Assembly (NCBI RefSeq): GCF_001194135.2
Contig: NC_068981.1
Coordinates: 115,634,430-115,698,429, forward strand
DNA from: Octopus bimaculoides
Lineage: Eukaryota
Length of the DNA: 64,000 bases
Direction of reading: 5' to 3'
How positions within the stretch are numbered: the first letter of the stretch is position 1; every line of letters begins with the position of its first letter. The notes under the pieces were generated by a model, which was given only the letters and a program-made list of their open reading frames with translations, made no database searches and was not told the origin of the DNA. This document shows positions 26,601 to 39,982 of the stretch, piece after piece. The translations under genes and the position numbers were made by a program.

Positions 26601-29600
26601 AACCACAGATTTAGAATATACAGAAAGCAATAATTTAACCATTGCAAAGCCTTATTTAATAAAATGAATGTAAAATAAAATGTTGTTATACTTGTGGATG
26701 GCCATATTTTGCCAATTAAACACACACACAGTTGGCAAAATATGACCATCCCTGTGTATAACAATATCTGTTTCAAAATACAATTTCACGTCAAGAATTT
26801 GGGAAAACAAATACATAAACATAAAATAGAATGAATGTATCTCAAAGATGATGAAAACTGTTTGTTACTTACTTGAAAGAGGTCAACAGAATCAAGTACC
26901 AAAACTACCCCGCCAGGTAGTCTTGATGAAACTTTCTCTAACCATCGAGGAAACTCCTCTTCCAGACGTACAGGGTTACATGTCAAAGCAGGTGGTGAGG
27001 TAACATGCTGCATCAGCTGTGTAAAAGAAATAAGCAAATCAGATTATAGATTTCTTTTCATTACACTTTGACTTTCTCAATAGTCTCAAAGGGTAGGCTG
27101 TGACCTTACTGGAACACCACTAACACAAAACTAAATTTTGTAAAAGTTGGATTAGTCCTGATGAAATTTACATGGCAACTATGTAAATTCCATCAGGCGG
27201 TGTTATCAGCATGTATCTTAACATTTTTTAAATATATGTTAGGTAAGGAAGAACGAGGAACGTACTCATAAACTTTGTAGGCCCTCCAAGGTGGCTAATG
27301 CCTAATCTGAAGAGCTATAGTTCAATATCGAGGTATAAAACATAAGAGAGAAGGTAACCAGAATTTATAACAGGGTGGACTCCTATAGACATCTAAGATA
27401 GAAGTGGTGTTAAACTAGTAAGTACGTAAGATACATTACCCATGATGCAGCATTATCTTTGTAGACAAGAGGCAGAACTCTAAAGTCTATCTAAATGTAA
27501 ATAGGTAGTACAGGGTGTGAACAACCTACCACTGTAGGCAGTGGCAGCATTAAGAAACTGTTGAATGTCTAGTTGACTTGCAGTTCTGAGTTTAACTCAA
27601 CTCATGTATATTACTTGGAGAAAAATGGGCTAAAATATAATGGTGCTAATTCTGTTGACCTGGAAAAGACAAAATTTGAAGTTGATCCCAGTGGAGTTTA
27701 ACCCAGAATGCATCAAGCTGAAAACTGCAAAGTAAATAATTTTGAAAACTGTTGTAATAACCATCTCCACCAACTTTAAGAACAAGGCTGGTTCTGTAAT
27801 GAAATAAGGAGCATAGTTGAATGATTCAAAACTCTGCTCCATGACAGGGTTTGAAGTCAGAATAAAAAATAAGATTAATACTGGGTTTCAAATTTGGGCA
27901 TAAGGCCAGTAATTTCAGGGGAGAGAGTAAGTCAATAATATTGACCCCACCCAGTGTTCAACTAGTATTTATTTTATTGACCCTGAAAGGATGAAAGGCA
28001 AAATCAACCCCAAAAGCTTTTGAACTCAGGATGTAAAGACAGAAGAAATGCTGCTAAGCATTTTTACTGGTGGGGTGATGATTCTGTACAAGATTAAAAA
28101 TGAAAACCATTTACATTAGAGAGCATCTTGCACTCTATTATCACAGACATCTCTTCAGTTATTAACAACATCAATAAAGAAAATGAGAATTTTAAATACA
28201 GGCAAAAGGCCACAGATTTTGTGGAGGGAGCATAATCTATTAAACCAACCCGAGAGGGAGGAAAGGTAAAGATGACTGCAGCAGGATTTAAACTCAGAAT
28301 GTAAAGGAATTAAATTAAATACAGAAATTCTGCCAATACAGGCAATGAAAGTGTTTGCATACATGTACAAATACAATAAGCAGAATGACTGAAATACCTG
28401 GGCTGTAAACCGTCGGATCATAAATATGGGATCAGCACCAACAGAAGACTTGGATCTGACGAAATGACACATGACTAAGCAACTAGGATATTTTTCTTGA
28501 TGAAGTTGGGTCCTACAAAAACAAAAGAGAAAAATATAAATATTCAAGTCATTTAAACAATTTTTATGATTTCGAGCATTGGCACAGGGACAAAAATAAA
28601 AGCAAAATAGTAATTATTATTATTTTTAACACTGGTACAAGATCACACATTTATAGAAGTGCAATGGTTGATAGAACCAACTGCCTGAATGTAGCAGGTA
28701 CATATTTGTACTGACTCTGCAAGAATGAAAGGTAAAGTCAACTCTGATAGGATATAAACTTTCAACATGAAAAATATAACACCATAATTTATCCAATATT
28801 ACTGATTGTTTCATTCACAACTTTTTTTTGTGAAAACAGGAATATTCTGCTACAGATTTTACTAATATATTCACTGGAAGATTAACCAGTTCTTCGTGGA
28901 GGTGCATGGCTTAGTGGTTAGGATATTGGACTCATGATCGTAAGATTGTGGTTTTGATTCTTGGACCAGGCAACGGGTTGCGTTCTTGAGCAAAACACGT
29001 AATTTCATGCTGCTCCAGTTCAATAAGCTGGCAAAAGTGAGTAATTCTAGCGTCCCATCCAGGTGGTGAATTTATATGCCATGAAACCGGGAAACCAGCC
29101 CTTATGAGTCAACATGACTCAAGAATGTAACTTTACCTTTACCAGTTCTTCAAGTTAAACTGGTATGAACATCAACTGGATCTAGTTACTGAAGTTGAAG
29201 AGATAACTATACTGTAAGACTTCCTTATGTTCATCAACTGCATGATCAAAACATATTGGTCAGATAAAATATTAAATAAAAGGGCAGGATATGCCTAATC
29301 CTTTAAGCTAATGAAGTTTTTATAAAGAAATTTTACAAATTTTAAGATCTACTGATCTCAGTAACAATAACAATGATTTCTGGGATAGGCACTATGCCAT
29401 TGAAGATAGTGTTAATTAGATTGACTCCAATATTTGGTGAAATTTAAAATCAAAATGCAAATGAATGTAACTAAATCTGCAATCCATTGGCAGCCATAAC
29501 TATAATTAACAACAATAATATATTAATAATATCTATGCAGGAGAACAAATGTATAAGCAAGCAGTACAGTTGACTGAATCAACCACAATACTACAATATT

Positions 29601-32600
29601 GGACAGTTATTCTCTTTTGTTTTCGTAGGACCCAACTTCATCAAGAAAAATATCCTAGTTGCTTAGTCATGTGTCATTTCGTCAAATCCAAGTTTTCTGT
29701 TGGTGCTGATCCCATATTTATGATCCAACAGTTTACAGCCCTGCAATGGGTCCAAATGGTAGATGTAGACTATGTAAAGATTTGAACTCAAAATGTTGAA
29801 GTAGAACACTAAATACTGTAAGGCATTTCATTCAGCATTTCTTTTGCTTTAATAATAATTTCTTTATTAAGCATCAGGCCAGAAATTTAGTGGAAGAGGA
29901 ACAGTCAATTTAATCAGCCCAAGGAACAAATACTACTTTATTTTATGAACCTCAGAAGTTGACCTCAGCAGGATTTGAACTCAGAATGTGAAGAACCAGA
30001 ACAAATATCAAAGGCCTTTTACCTGATGTACTAATAATTCTACTGATCTGTTGCCCTACCTTATAGTGATTTCTAAGAGTGACAAGCAAGCTACAAAATC
30101 TGAGGGGGGGATATTTAATTAAATCAGCCCCAGTATGCTAACAGTATTTATTTTACCAACACTGAAAAAATGTTAGTGTTTTAAATGAGAAAAGACTGTT
30201 TGCTCCAAGACTAAATATGACTAGGGGAAGGAAACACACAGGAAAATGGGTGGATGTGGGAAATAATTAGGTAGGATACAAAATAATTATACTTTAAGAT
30301 TATATGTAAATAATGGGTATGTGGATATTTTGAAAATACCTCATGGAGTGACAACTATCTGCATAGTTACGGCTACCCTTTGGCAAGACATAGCATCTGT
30401 TCAGCCACCCTGTCAGGGATAGCCATGGGACTGCAGCATGGTGGATTATGAAGAGGTAGTGAAAGTGCTCAAATGAACCAAGGGTGCTTCTAACATTGAT
30501 GCTGAGCAGAGGAATCCTAAAAGAACAATGTTCAGGATCACTCAGCTCTGTCAAGAGAGTAACTGCAACGCATCCATAGTGGTGGCATCTATGGTTGCGT
30601 AATCAGCTAAAGAGAGACTCACTATGAAAAGCTCTCAATTCAAATTCATAATAATGGAATTGGATGGCAACAGAGAGCCATGGGAATCCGCAAAGGCAGC
30701 AATAAAGTAGCATATATAAATAAATAATAATTTTAGTATTTTGTTTCTGGTACAATATAATAATCTTTAATTAACTAACACTGGAAATTATTTGACAGAA
30801 CACAGACACAAATAAAAACAAAAAATATTTGGATCAGACCAACATCTCTATAAATAATAAAGTTGAATTACAGAGATGTACTTGCATAGCAAGTGATTTG
30901 ATCTGAGATTGTGAGCTTAAACAAAAACAATTGCAGCGTGGAAGGTGTTTATAAGCCATTTAAAAAACATACAAAAACCGTTAGATTCACTTCAACATTT
31001 AAATTTAATTTGTCAAAATATTTTTGTTGCTTTGAAACTGCAACTTGTTCACTGACAAAATTCCATGCTGCATCTTGGAATTTTGTCAGTGAACAAGTCG
31101 CGCATTTCAAAACGACAAAAACATTTTGACAAATTAAATTTAAATGTTGAAGTGAATCTAACTTTTTTTTTTGTGTTTTCAATAAAGATGAAATTTAAGG
31201 AGTGATCATTGTTCTTTCAAATGTTGAAATTATTCTGGGTTCTCTCCAGATAAAAAATGAAAAGTGAATAAAAATTTCATTTACCATTTTGCTAGGAGCA
31301 AAGAACGACCGGTGCCAGAAGAACCAATGATCAAAAGGGGTGGCTGAGGTCCACAGGCATGTACATGACTATTCAATTGCTCATAATACTGAAATAGATG
31401 AGACAGGAATTACAATTAGAGGAAAATATTTAAAAAAAAACCTTATATCAATAAAACTTGCTGATGTCTTATAGTACAGACTGATTCTCAATTGCTTAAA
31501 ATTATTTCACATTCTTTTCGAAAGGTACTAGCAACTGATGTTAGGTATTTGTTTTCTTTCTCCAAAAGAAAAATTTCAATTAATAAAGTATTTTTTGCAG
31601 AAGTCATTCACACAGCACATCATATTTATCTAAATTTAAGCCAATATCCAACTTGAGTTATTTCCCTTAGCTGATTTTTATTTTTTTATTATCACTAGCC
31701 CAAAATTACTTGTGACATTTTTCTTTCTATATAAAAATTTGTCAATGGACCAATGTAGTTTTGAGTAGACAATACTATACTGATGAAATTCAATAAGACT
31801 AAAACCTGTCCATAACTGCTTCCCTTGCCTGCAAACAACTATCAAATTTTCCCTTATGTTTGTAAATAGTTTTCAGAAATTAATTCATAATTTCTTGAAA
31901 TTATTTCTATTTTCTATGAAAGTTATAAACAATTACCACCATGTTTTTTTTGTAGTCTCTCCCCAACTAAATGGGAAATTTCAATAAACTGAGACTTTTT
32001 TTTTATCCAAGTCATTCTGTACATCACATCTTAATTTATCTATTTAAATTCATGTCACAAGCCCACATGAAATAGTTCCCTTAGATCATTCTATTTTTTT
32101 TTTTACTTAACACAATGAGAGATAGATAGATAGATAAATAAAGAAAGAGAGAGAGAGAGAAAGTAGACTATTATTATTCTTATTGTACTGCACTGTAAGG
32201 TCATTGGCATTAGGAAGGGCATCTGACTGTAAAAACCATGCCAAAACTGACAGTAAAGTGCAATGCGGTCCTCTGGCTTGTCAGCTCTGGTCAAACCATC
32301 CAGCCCAGGCCAGCATGGAAAACAGATGTTAAATAATGGTTATGATGATGATGTACCAATGTAAGAAAATCTTATCAATATTATTTTAATGTTGGAATGT
32401 TAAAAGAAAAAATGATGTGCTACATTAAGGATTTATCATACATAATTATTTCACTTTAATTCAGAATTCAGATTCAGTTAACTACACTCCATCTCCAACT
32501 AATGTATCACCTTGTGCCAATATAAGATATCACCATCATCACCACATACTAGCTTAGGTTAGTGTTAGGGTTGGTATCAACTAACCCCTCCTGGCCTTTT

Positions 32601-35600
32601 GCCTAAATTAAAAACAGTCGTTTTTTTCTTGACCCCAGTACTCAATTTGTTTTTTATTTTATTGACCTCAAAAGGATGAAAGGTGAAGTTGACAACAGCA
32701 GAATTTGAACTTAGATCACTAAGAGCTACAATGTATTTTTCTGGAGTTGCTTTCTGATTTAGGCATAAGGCAAGCAATTTTGAGAGAAGAGGTTTAATCA
32801 ATGTCATAGGCTACACTACTTCATTGGTATTTTATTGTATTGACCCCACATGGCTGAATGGTCAAGTTGACCCCAGTAATATAATTATAATTATTATTAT
32901 TAGGGATAGTGGTGGTGGTGGTGGTGGTGGTGGTGGTGGTGGTAGTAGTAGTAGTAGTAGTAATAGTAGTAGTAGCAACAGCAGCTTTTATAGGTTATAC
33001 TCTCAATCGGTCTGACTAAGGTTTTCTATTCAACGGGGGATACACTGAGTGAAACATTGAGCAAAAATGTGATGCAAGCCAAACAAACTGGAGAAGCATC
33101 ACAAGCAACACATCAACAAATGACAAATACACCACATACCTTTGCAATTGCACTAACACATGCAAGTGTGACTGCAAGTAGAAGCCCTCTAGACATCATT
33201 GACAAAAGCTGCCCACCTCGTCATCAGTTGGAGGATGAGCTATGAGAAAAATGAGCAAGTGGCAGGGATTTTAGCAGCATGCAATGCTATGAAAATGGAA
33301 GATGATAACAATGCAGATGATGGAAATGATGAGGATGCATTAATAATAAAGACAATGATGATGAAAATTCATTTACCTTCTCAAAGCCAAGCTCACAACT
33401 TGAAGATAGTGCAGCATTAAGAGCTACCATATGCTCATAGTCACATTGGATGTCCCACAAAGCACCACCACATAGTTGTTCAGGACCTTCTAGTTCAGAG
33501 TAACCACAGTCACTTTCTGGTTTTTCCTTTTTGGCATCAATACCAAGTTCCTGTGTAAAGTATTAGATATAAAACTTTAGACAATTCAACATCAACATGG
33601 AGTCGAAATATTGGCTTACTTACTGACCACATAGAGAAAGATTCAAACATTCTAATAATCAATTAGCATCATCATCATTTAACATCTATTATCCATGCTG
33701 ACATGGATTAAATGGTTTAACTGGAGATGGTAAGCCAGAGAGCTGCACCAGGCTCCAGTCTGTTTTGGCTTGGTTTCTATGGTTGGATGCCCTTCCTAAT
33801 GCCAACCACTCCACAGAGTGTATTAGGTGTCTTTTACATGTCACCAGCACAGGTGCCTTTTACGTGTCACCAGCAAGGGTGCTGATTCCGAAAAACAAAA
33901 CATGACATTGGGATAGTTTTTCAGTACATTTGTCCATTTGCATATAGTGAATAAAGTAGTAGACTATCTACCAACTCATAGATTGTGAGTTCAAACCAAC
34001 ACCAGGCAGGTATATTTCTTAGTGTTTCTTAGCAAAACACTATATTCTACATTGCCTCACTTTATCTAACTGTTAAAAATAGATATCAGATGACCTGAGA
34101 GTGTTAGACCAATAATCTATAGTAGACCAATAATCTGTTCCAAGGGAGGTCAATTTTTCATCTTTTAATATCTTAAAACATGTTTAGCCATTGTTGATTA
34201 AACCCAGTTGAACTCTGACAAGTCATTTCAGTTATGACCATCCTATCTTTTCTTCAGACATAGTCTATCCAATCTGTCCTCTCATTGATTAAGATGGTTG
34301 GGTGCTGTTTCTACCAGGTTGAACAAAATGTAGGTGTTGCAGTATTGGCTCATCTATGTTTTGTAGTTGTAGTCTCTTCTTATTGCAAACCATTCAACCA
34401 TGAATGTGAGCAGTATCTATTGTCATGTCTGATCTAGTGGGGACACCATAATAACTCCAAAACAATTTGAACATATAAGTTTGTAGCAGTAGTCTAACAT
34501 ACTAACGTACGATCAAATAATACAGAATGCTTACCATTTTCAATATCTTGTCAATTTCATTATAGGCTAACTCAGCACCTTTGGCTGGTGTGTTATAACC
34601 ATTCAAGACACGGACGTTACTGCTCTGGATGTTCAGGTTATTTATTTGCGTGCCATCATATCTGAAAAGTAAAAATTTATCATTATCATCATCCTCACCA
34701 CTACCAATTCTGTTATGACACTTTCAACATTATTATGTTTGACATTGTTGCTATTTTACCCAAAACCAAATTCATCATCATAATCATCAGCAGTAATACC
34801 AAAGTGAGTTCTGGTATACTTAGAAGATTCAGAAGATCACACTACAGCTAGAAGTTTCTTTAGTTCAATTCTACAGCACAACATAGACTGACCAATGTCT
34901 TGTGAGTGAAATGAAAATCATGCAGATGGAAATTGCACAGAAGCTTGTTGGAGAGAACATTCCTGTTTCTGAATGGTAGATTTAATCTATTTCCCCAGCT
35001 GAACATCAACTGGCCCATAGGTACTTTTAGTAAAGCCAAAGTCTGTTTCAAGCATTATAAATTCCTCCTAGAAGTCTCAAGGAGCCTGAAATAAGTCATG
35101 GATGTGTCCTTCCTTCACTGACTATGCCATACCAAAAGCTTAAAACAAAATTTTAAAAAAAACTTTTTCTGCTGGGGTTATCATTAATGGACTCAAAATC
35201 CATTAAACTTCCTTCTTTTTGATTCACACCATATTTTCAAATGAAGTTTGCTATCTCCTCTCAGCAGCAACATTCTCCAATACAATGATGGTCAACTCTT
35301 CTTAAGCACACTTATGGCATAGAGGCCTGGTACTTTAGATATACCCACACAGAATGTTTGATCTAACAAATTTCACTGAACATTAAAGATTTGATCAACA
35401 TTGTAGTTGTAGTTAAACATATCTTCATAGTTGTATGTAATGTCCTAAGCTTTAGGACTTCAAAATTAAAAGCCACAAAATAGTTTCTTAAAGACTTACT
35501 TGCTACACTGAACAGATTATGTAACAAGCATGGAAAGCGGATGTTAAACGATGATGATGATGATGATGATAATGATAGTGATGATGGTAAGTAGGTCTAT

Positions 35601-38600
35601 GACTGCAAACATTCCAGCCATGATGTAATGCTTTCAGGCATTGTATATCTAGACTTACATTATCCAATGTATCCCTTTTTAAGAGAGCTAGATGCAACTG
35701 GAGGGTGATTTGACAATTTCTAGCAGGTCAAGCAACCACATACAAGCTCCCCTGTGGTAAATAGCTGGCATTATCAAATAGCCAGCATAAATTGCAAAGG
35801 AAAAAGCAAAAGTTGACTTTTTGAACTGGAGAGTTGGTATCATTTAATAGTAGTTTTCCAAACAACAAATTGATCTAAGATCCATGCTACTGCTGACCAC
35901 TACCACCATCATCATCATAAATTCCTCTCATTATCATTGATGACATCACCACCATCATATGACTTTGATGCACATTTTCATCTTATTTGCCATTACGTAA
36001 TTCATTCACCATTTTGTAACAAAGACAATAACATATCTACTTATTCTTTCTCACAGTTGCAGGGCAAGAACTTATAACATAAAAAAAATATAACTAAATA
36101 CTGAATGGCATTCCACAGCAATCCACAACCACTTGAGTTTAAAATCAATATAGATGTATAGGATATAAACTGAGAGAAGAAAAGAAAAACAAAGAAAATG
36201 TCAGTACCAAATATGACTTGACTCAACAGGTACAGTAACACATCTCCCAATTATACCTCCTCCAACCCTTGTAATTTTTTCAGTTACAAATATGGTTTCT
36301 CATATTGACAAAGGATCACAAATACAAAAAGAAACGGTAAAGCTGACTGAATCACACCCATTACATAACAGGTACCTATAACATTGGTTTCAAATTTTGG
36401 CACAAGGCCAGCAGTTTTGGGGGAAGAGGAAAGTTGATTAGATCAACCCCATTGCTCAACTGGTACTTGTTTTATTGCCCCCAAAAGGATGAAAGACAAA
36501 GTCAACCTCAGCAAAATTTGAACTCGGCACACGAAGATAGATGAAATGCTGCTAAGCATTTCGTCTGGTGTGCTAACGATTCTACCAACTCACTGCCTTA
36601 GACACTTTCATCAGCATGCTAATAATCCTGCCAGCTTGCTGTCTTTTATAGGTTCCTATAATATTGACAGACAGGGGAACCAAAGCATATAAAAGAAAGA
36701 AAATAAAAATTTAAAAAACCGTACTTACTTTTCACGAAGACAAAATACAGCAGGTCGCACCCCAAGGCTATCTAGATGTCCCCAGCTGTATTCCCAGCTA
36801 TTAAACCTGAAATAAAATGAGATGAAGAATGCAAAGAATGGTAAAGATTTGGAGTAGAGAAATACAAGATAAATGTAAGCACAGAAAGTAGATATTACAT
36901 GATGAGGAAGAAGAAAAAAAGATTTACATCAGAATTCATATTTGCCAAGAGGATCCATGACAACTTTATAGAATTCTCTCTACTGCCATTCTTCAACTCA
37001 GATGGTTCAAGGCATAACTGTGATTAACAAGTTTGTTATGTGATCACGTTGCTCCTGATTTGACACCATGGCCAGCAAGATTTTTGTATTATGGCTGCAG
37101 GTAAACCCAGGACTTGTAAGTGACAATGAATAGACAGAAACTTTCTGGAAGCCCCTTCTTGAGTGATAAACTTCATTCATAGCTCAATTTAACACAACGA
37201 CCTGGTTTTGGAGAACTTTTAGAGGAGTTCACTTTCTTGTAAGCATTAACTTATGAATCAGTGTTTTTTGTTCGATCTCTGACCATCAGTTCCAGAGACT
37301 CAGCAAAATGTTATGGCTACTACTCTTCCTCTTCTGTCTAAATATTAACAGAAAGGCAATATTCCTAAAATCAGATTACTTTATCAAATGTTATGCTTAC
37401 TTATTCACAGTGTTTTGAATTAATCATATATGATCTTGTAGCTTCAAGATTTTGAATCATGCGATCATTTACTTCCAGAATGACATTGTAGGGTAAGTTT
37501 GTGAGGTCAAATCTGACTGGTTTGAACTTAAAACATGTAGAATATTCAGGCCAGATATGGCTGGTTTAAATGCTAAAGGGTTAATACTCCTTCAGACAAA
37601 ATTGTCACATTCACTGCATACAGGGTCCATCTCTAAACTCTTGAATACAAAGTTTTCAATCAGAAAACTATTACATTTTGTGTTAACATAAATTTAAAAG
37701 GAATGCAAATTTACAAGTTATCAAAGTGTCCACAGACCATGGGGTTTCATACTTTCAACTACAAAAAACATCAAATAAAGAAAGAGTAAATATGCTGTTA
37801 CCTGTTAGCCTCAACCCCTCTGAAAGCTAAATACAAGTTTGACATCTGGATTTGTCTTTTTATTGCTTGCAAATGAAGCTCAAACACCTGTAAGGATAAA
37901 AATTTACCATTTAAGAAGCTTTAGTGTGCATGTAATTGGGTATCTATATGGATTTTTTTCATTGAATTCTGTACTTTCTTTGTTTTACAGTTTGTCCTTC
38001 TGTACTGAATATTGTTGGAGTAGGTTGCAACTGGCCAGTATGACACAGGACTACTTCTGAGAAACCAAGAAATTATATCCCACCATGATCACACTGGGCC
38101 TACAATCAACATATCTAACTCAGTTTGCTAATGTGCAAAATACAGTTACTATTGACCAAATAAGGAACTTATGTGGTAGTTTAATCTGCAAGAAATAATA
38201 ACCAAATCTCCTTCAGATCATACCTTAGTGTCATAAGTAAAGATAGATTATGTAATCCTACATAGCCCTAAAAACAATTTGAGGTTTACTCAAGGCCAGC
38301 TTAAGGCTAATCAACAACAAGATACAAATTCATACCTATACAGTTGATAGTCTAGTATCTGGATTTCAAATAATTATTAGAACAAATGAAATTGATTAGA
38401 CTTACTTTATAAGAAATTAACATATTGTTGAAATGAGAAATATAAATATATGCATATGGATAGATAGATAGATAGATATCATCCAAAAGTTAAAACATAA
38501 AGAGAAAGCAACAAACCGTTGATGATAGGCTCACATCATCATCTACATGCATGTTAACAACAATCAAAGTTCGGCCTTCCCCTTGACATAGACTGGCAAG

Positions 38601-39945
38601 CTTTGGAGCATAATCCTGCAAAGATAATATGTATATATGAAATAATTATACAGTTTTACCTAGGTCATGCTACTCATTTAGTACTGCTTTGTTATTTGTT
38701 ACATGGTTTTGGGAGATATTTCCAGTGGGGTAGATATACATTATTATAATAATTGTATGCTAGCATGTAAAAAAAACTCAGACATTCCCCCATACACTCA
38801 AATTGTTCTCTCAATTTTTAACTCAGCATGAATGGAAAAACAACCAGCAATACCACATGATGAAAACTCATCTGACCTGCGATGGGAAAGCATGATACTG
38901 AATGTAAAACTTGTGTGTTGAAGTGACTGAAATCTGATGTTTCAGTCATTAGACTGTGGCCATGCTGGGGCACCGCCTTGAAGAATTTTAAATCGAATAA
39001 ATCAATCCTAGTACTTACTTTATAAAGCACAGTACTTAGTCTATCATCATTTTGGCCAAACCACTAAGTTATGGAGATGTAAACGCACCAACACTAGTTG
39101 TCAAGCAGTGGACACACACATATATGTGATGGGCTTCTTTGAATTTCTGTCTACTAATTCCACTCACAAGGCTTTGATTGGCTCAAGGCTTTGATTGGCA
39201 CAAGGCTATAGAAGAAGTTGCTTGCCCAAAGTGCCACACAGTGGGATAGAATCTGGAACCATATGGGGCTGGGAAGCAAACTTCTTACCACACAGCCATG
39301 CCCACACTCTTGAATGTCAAGCATATAGGAGAAAGTCTTTAATCTTGGAATAAACGAGGATTAGAACCATCTTGAACAAAATAAAAACTTCTACCAAGAC
39401 AATCCTGTTGTTATCAGCACTAAAAAAAAAGGATTTGTTCAAGGAATCGGATTTAAGGGGGAAAATGAATGATATGCATCTAGGTGAGTGATGATTCTTC
39501 AAATGTCTTCTAATTCATTTATAATTCTAGATCCCATTTTGTAAAATCAAACTGAGTGAGGTTATCTAAAGTTGTTGGTTTTGAATTTTAACATGAGGCC
39601 AGCAATTTCGGGGCAGTGGGTAAGCTGATTATATCAACCCCAATACTCAACTAGTACTTAATTTATCAATCCCTAGAGGATGACAGGCAAAGTCAACCTT
39701 GGCAGAATTTGAACTCAGAACATAAAGATGGATGAAATGCTGCTTATCATTTTGTCTGGTGTGCTAACAATTCATCCAGCTCCTGCCTTGATATCTAGTT
39801 ATTGAGTGCTTAGAGAGTAAGACAGTGAACCAGTGGAGTTTTCGACCATTTACCAACACCTGTCACATTTATTGGGGTTTGTGTCATATGAAACTTGTAA
39901 TTTTATGTTTTAGGAATGTATCTATCACTAACAGAGGCATAATTT

Positions 39946-39982
<37 letters not shown>

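Noticed and set aside
29549-29785. Second NPHP3-like gene on the plus strand
   Set aside because: Only one exon is copied, its donor is lost, and no other paralogous exons appear on that strand.
31778-31815. CTGATGA...AAAAC-CTGTC on the plus strand
   Set aside because: No pairing stems; compatible with chance in AT-rich DNA.
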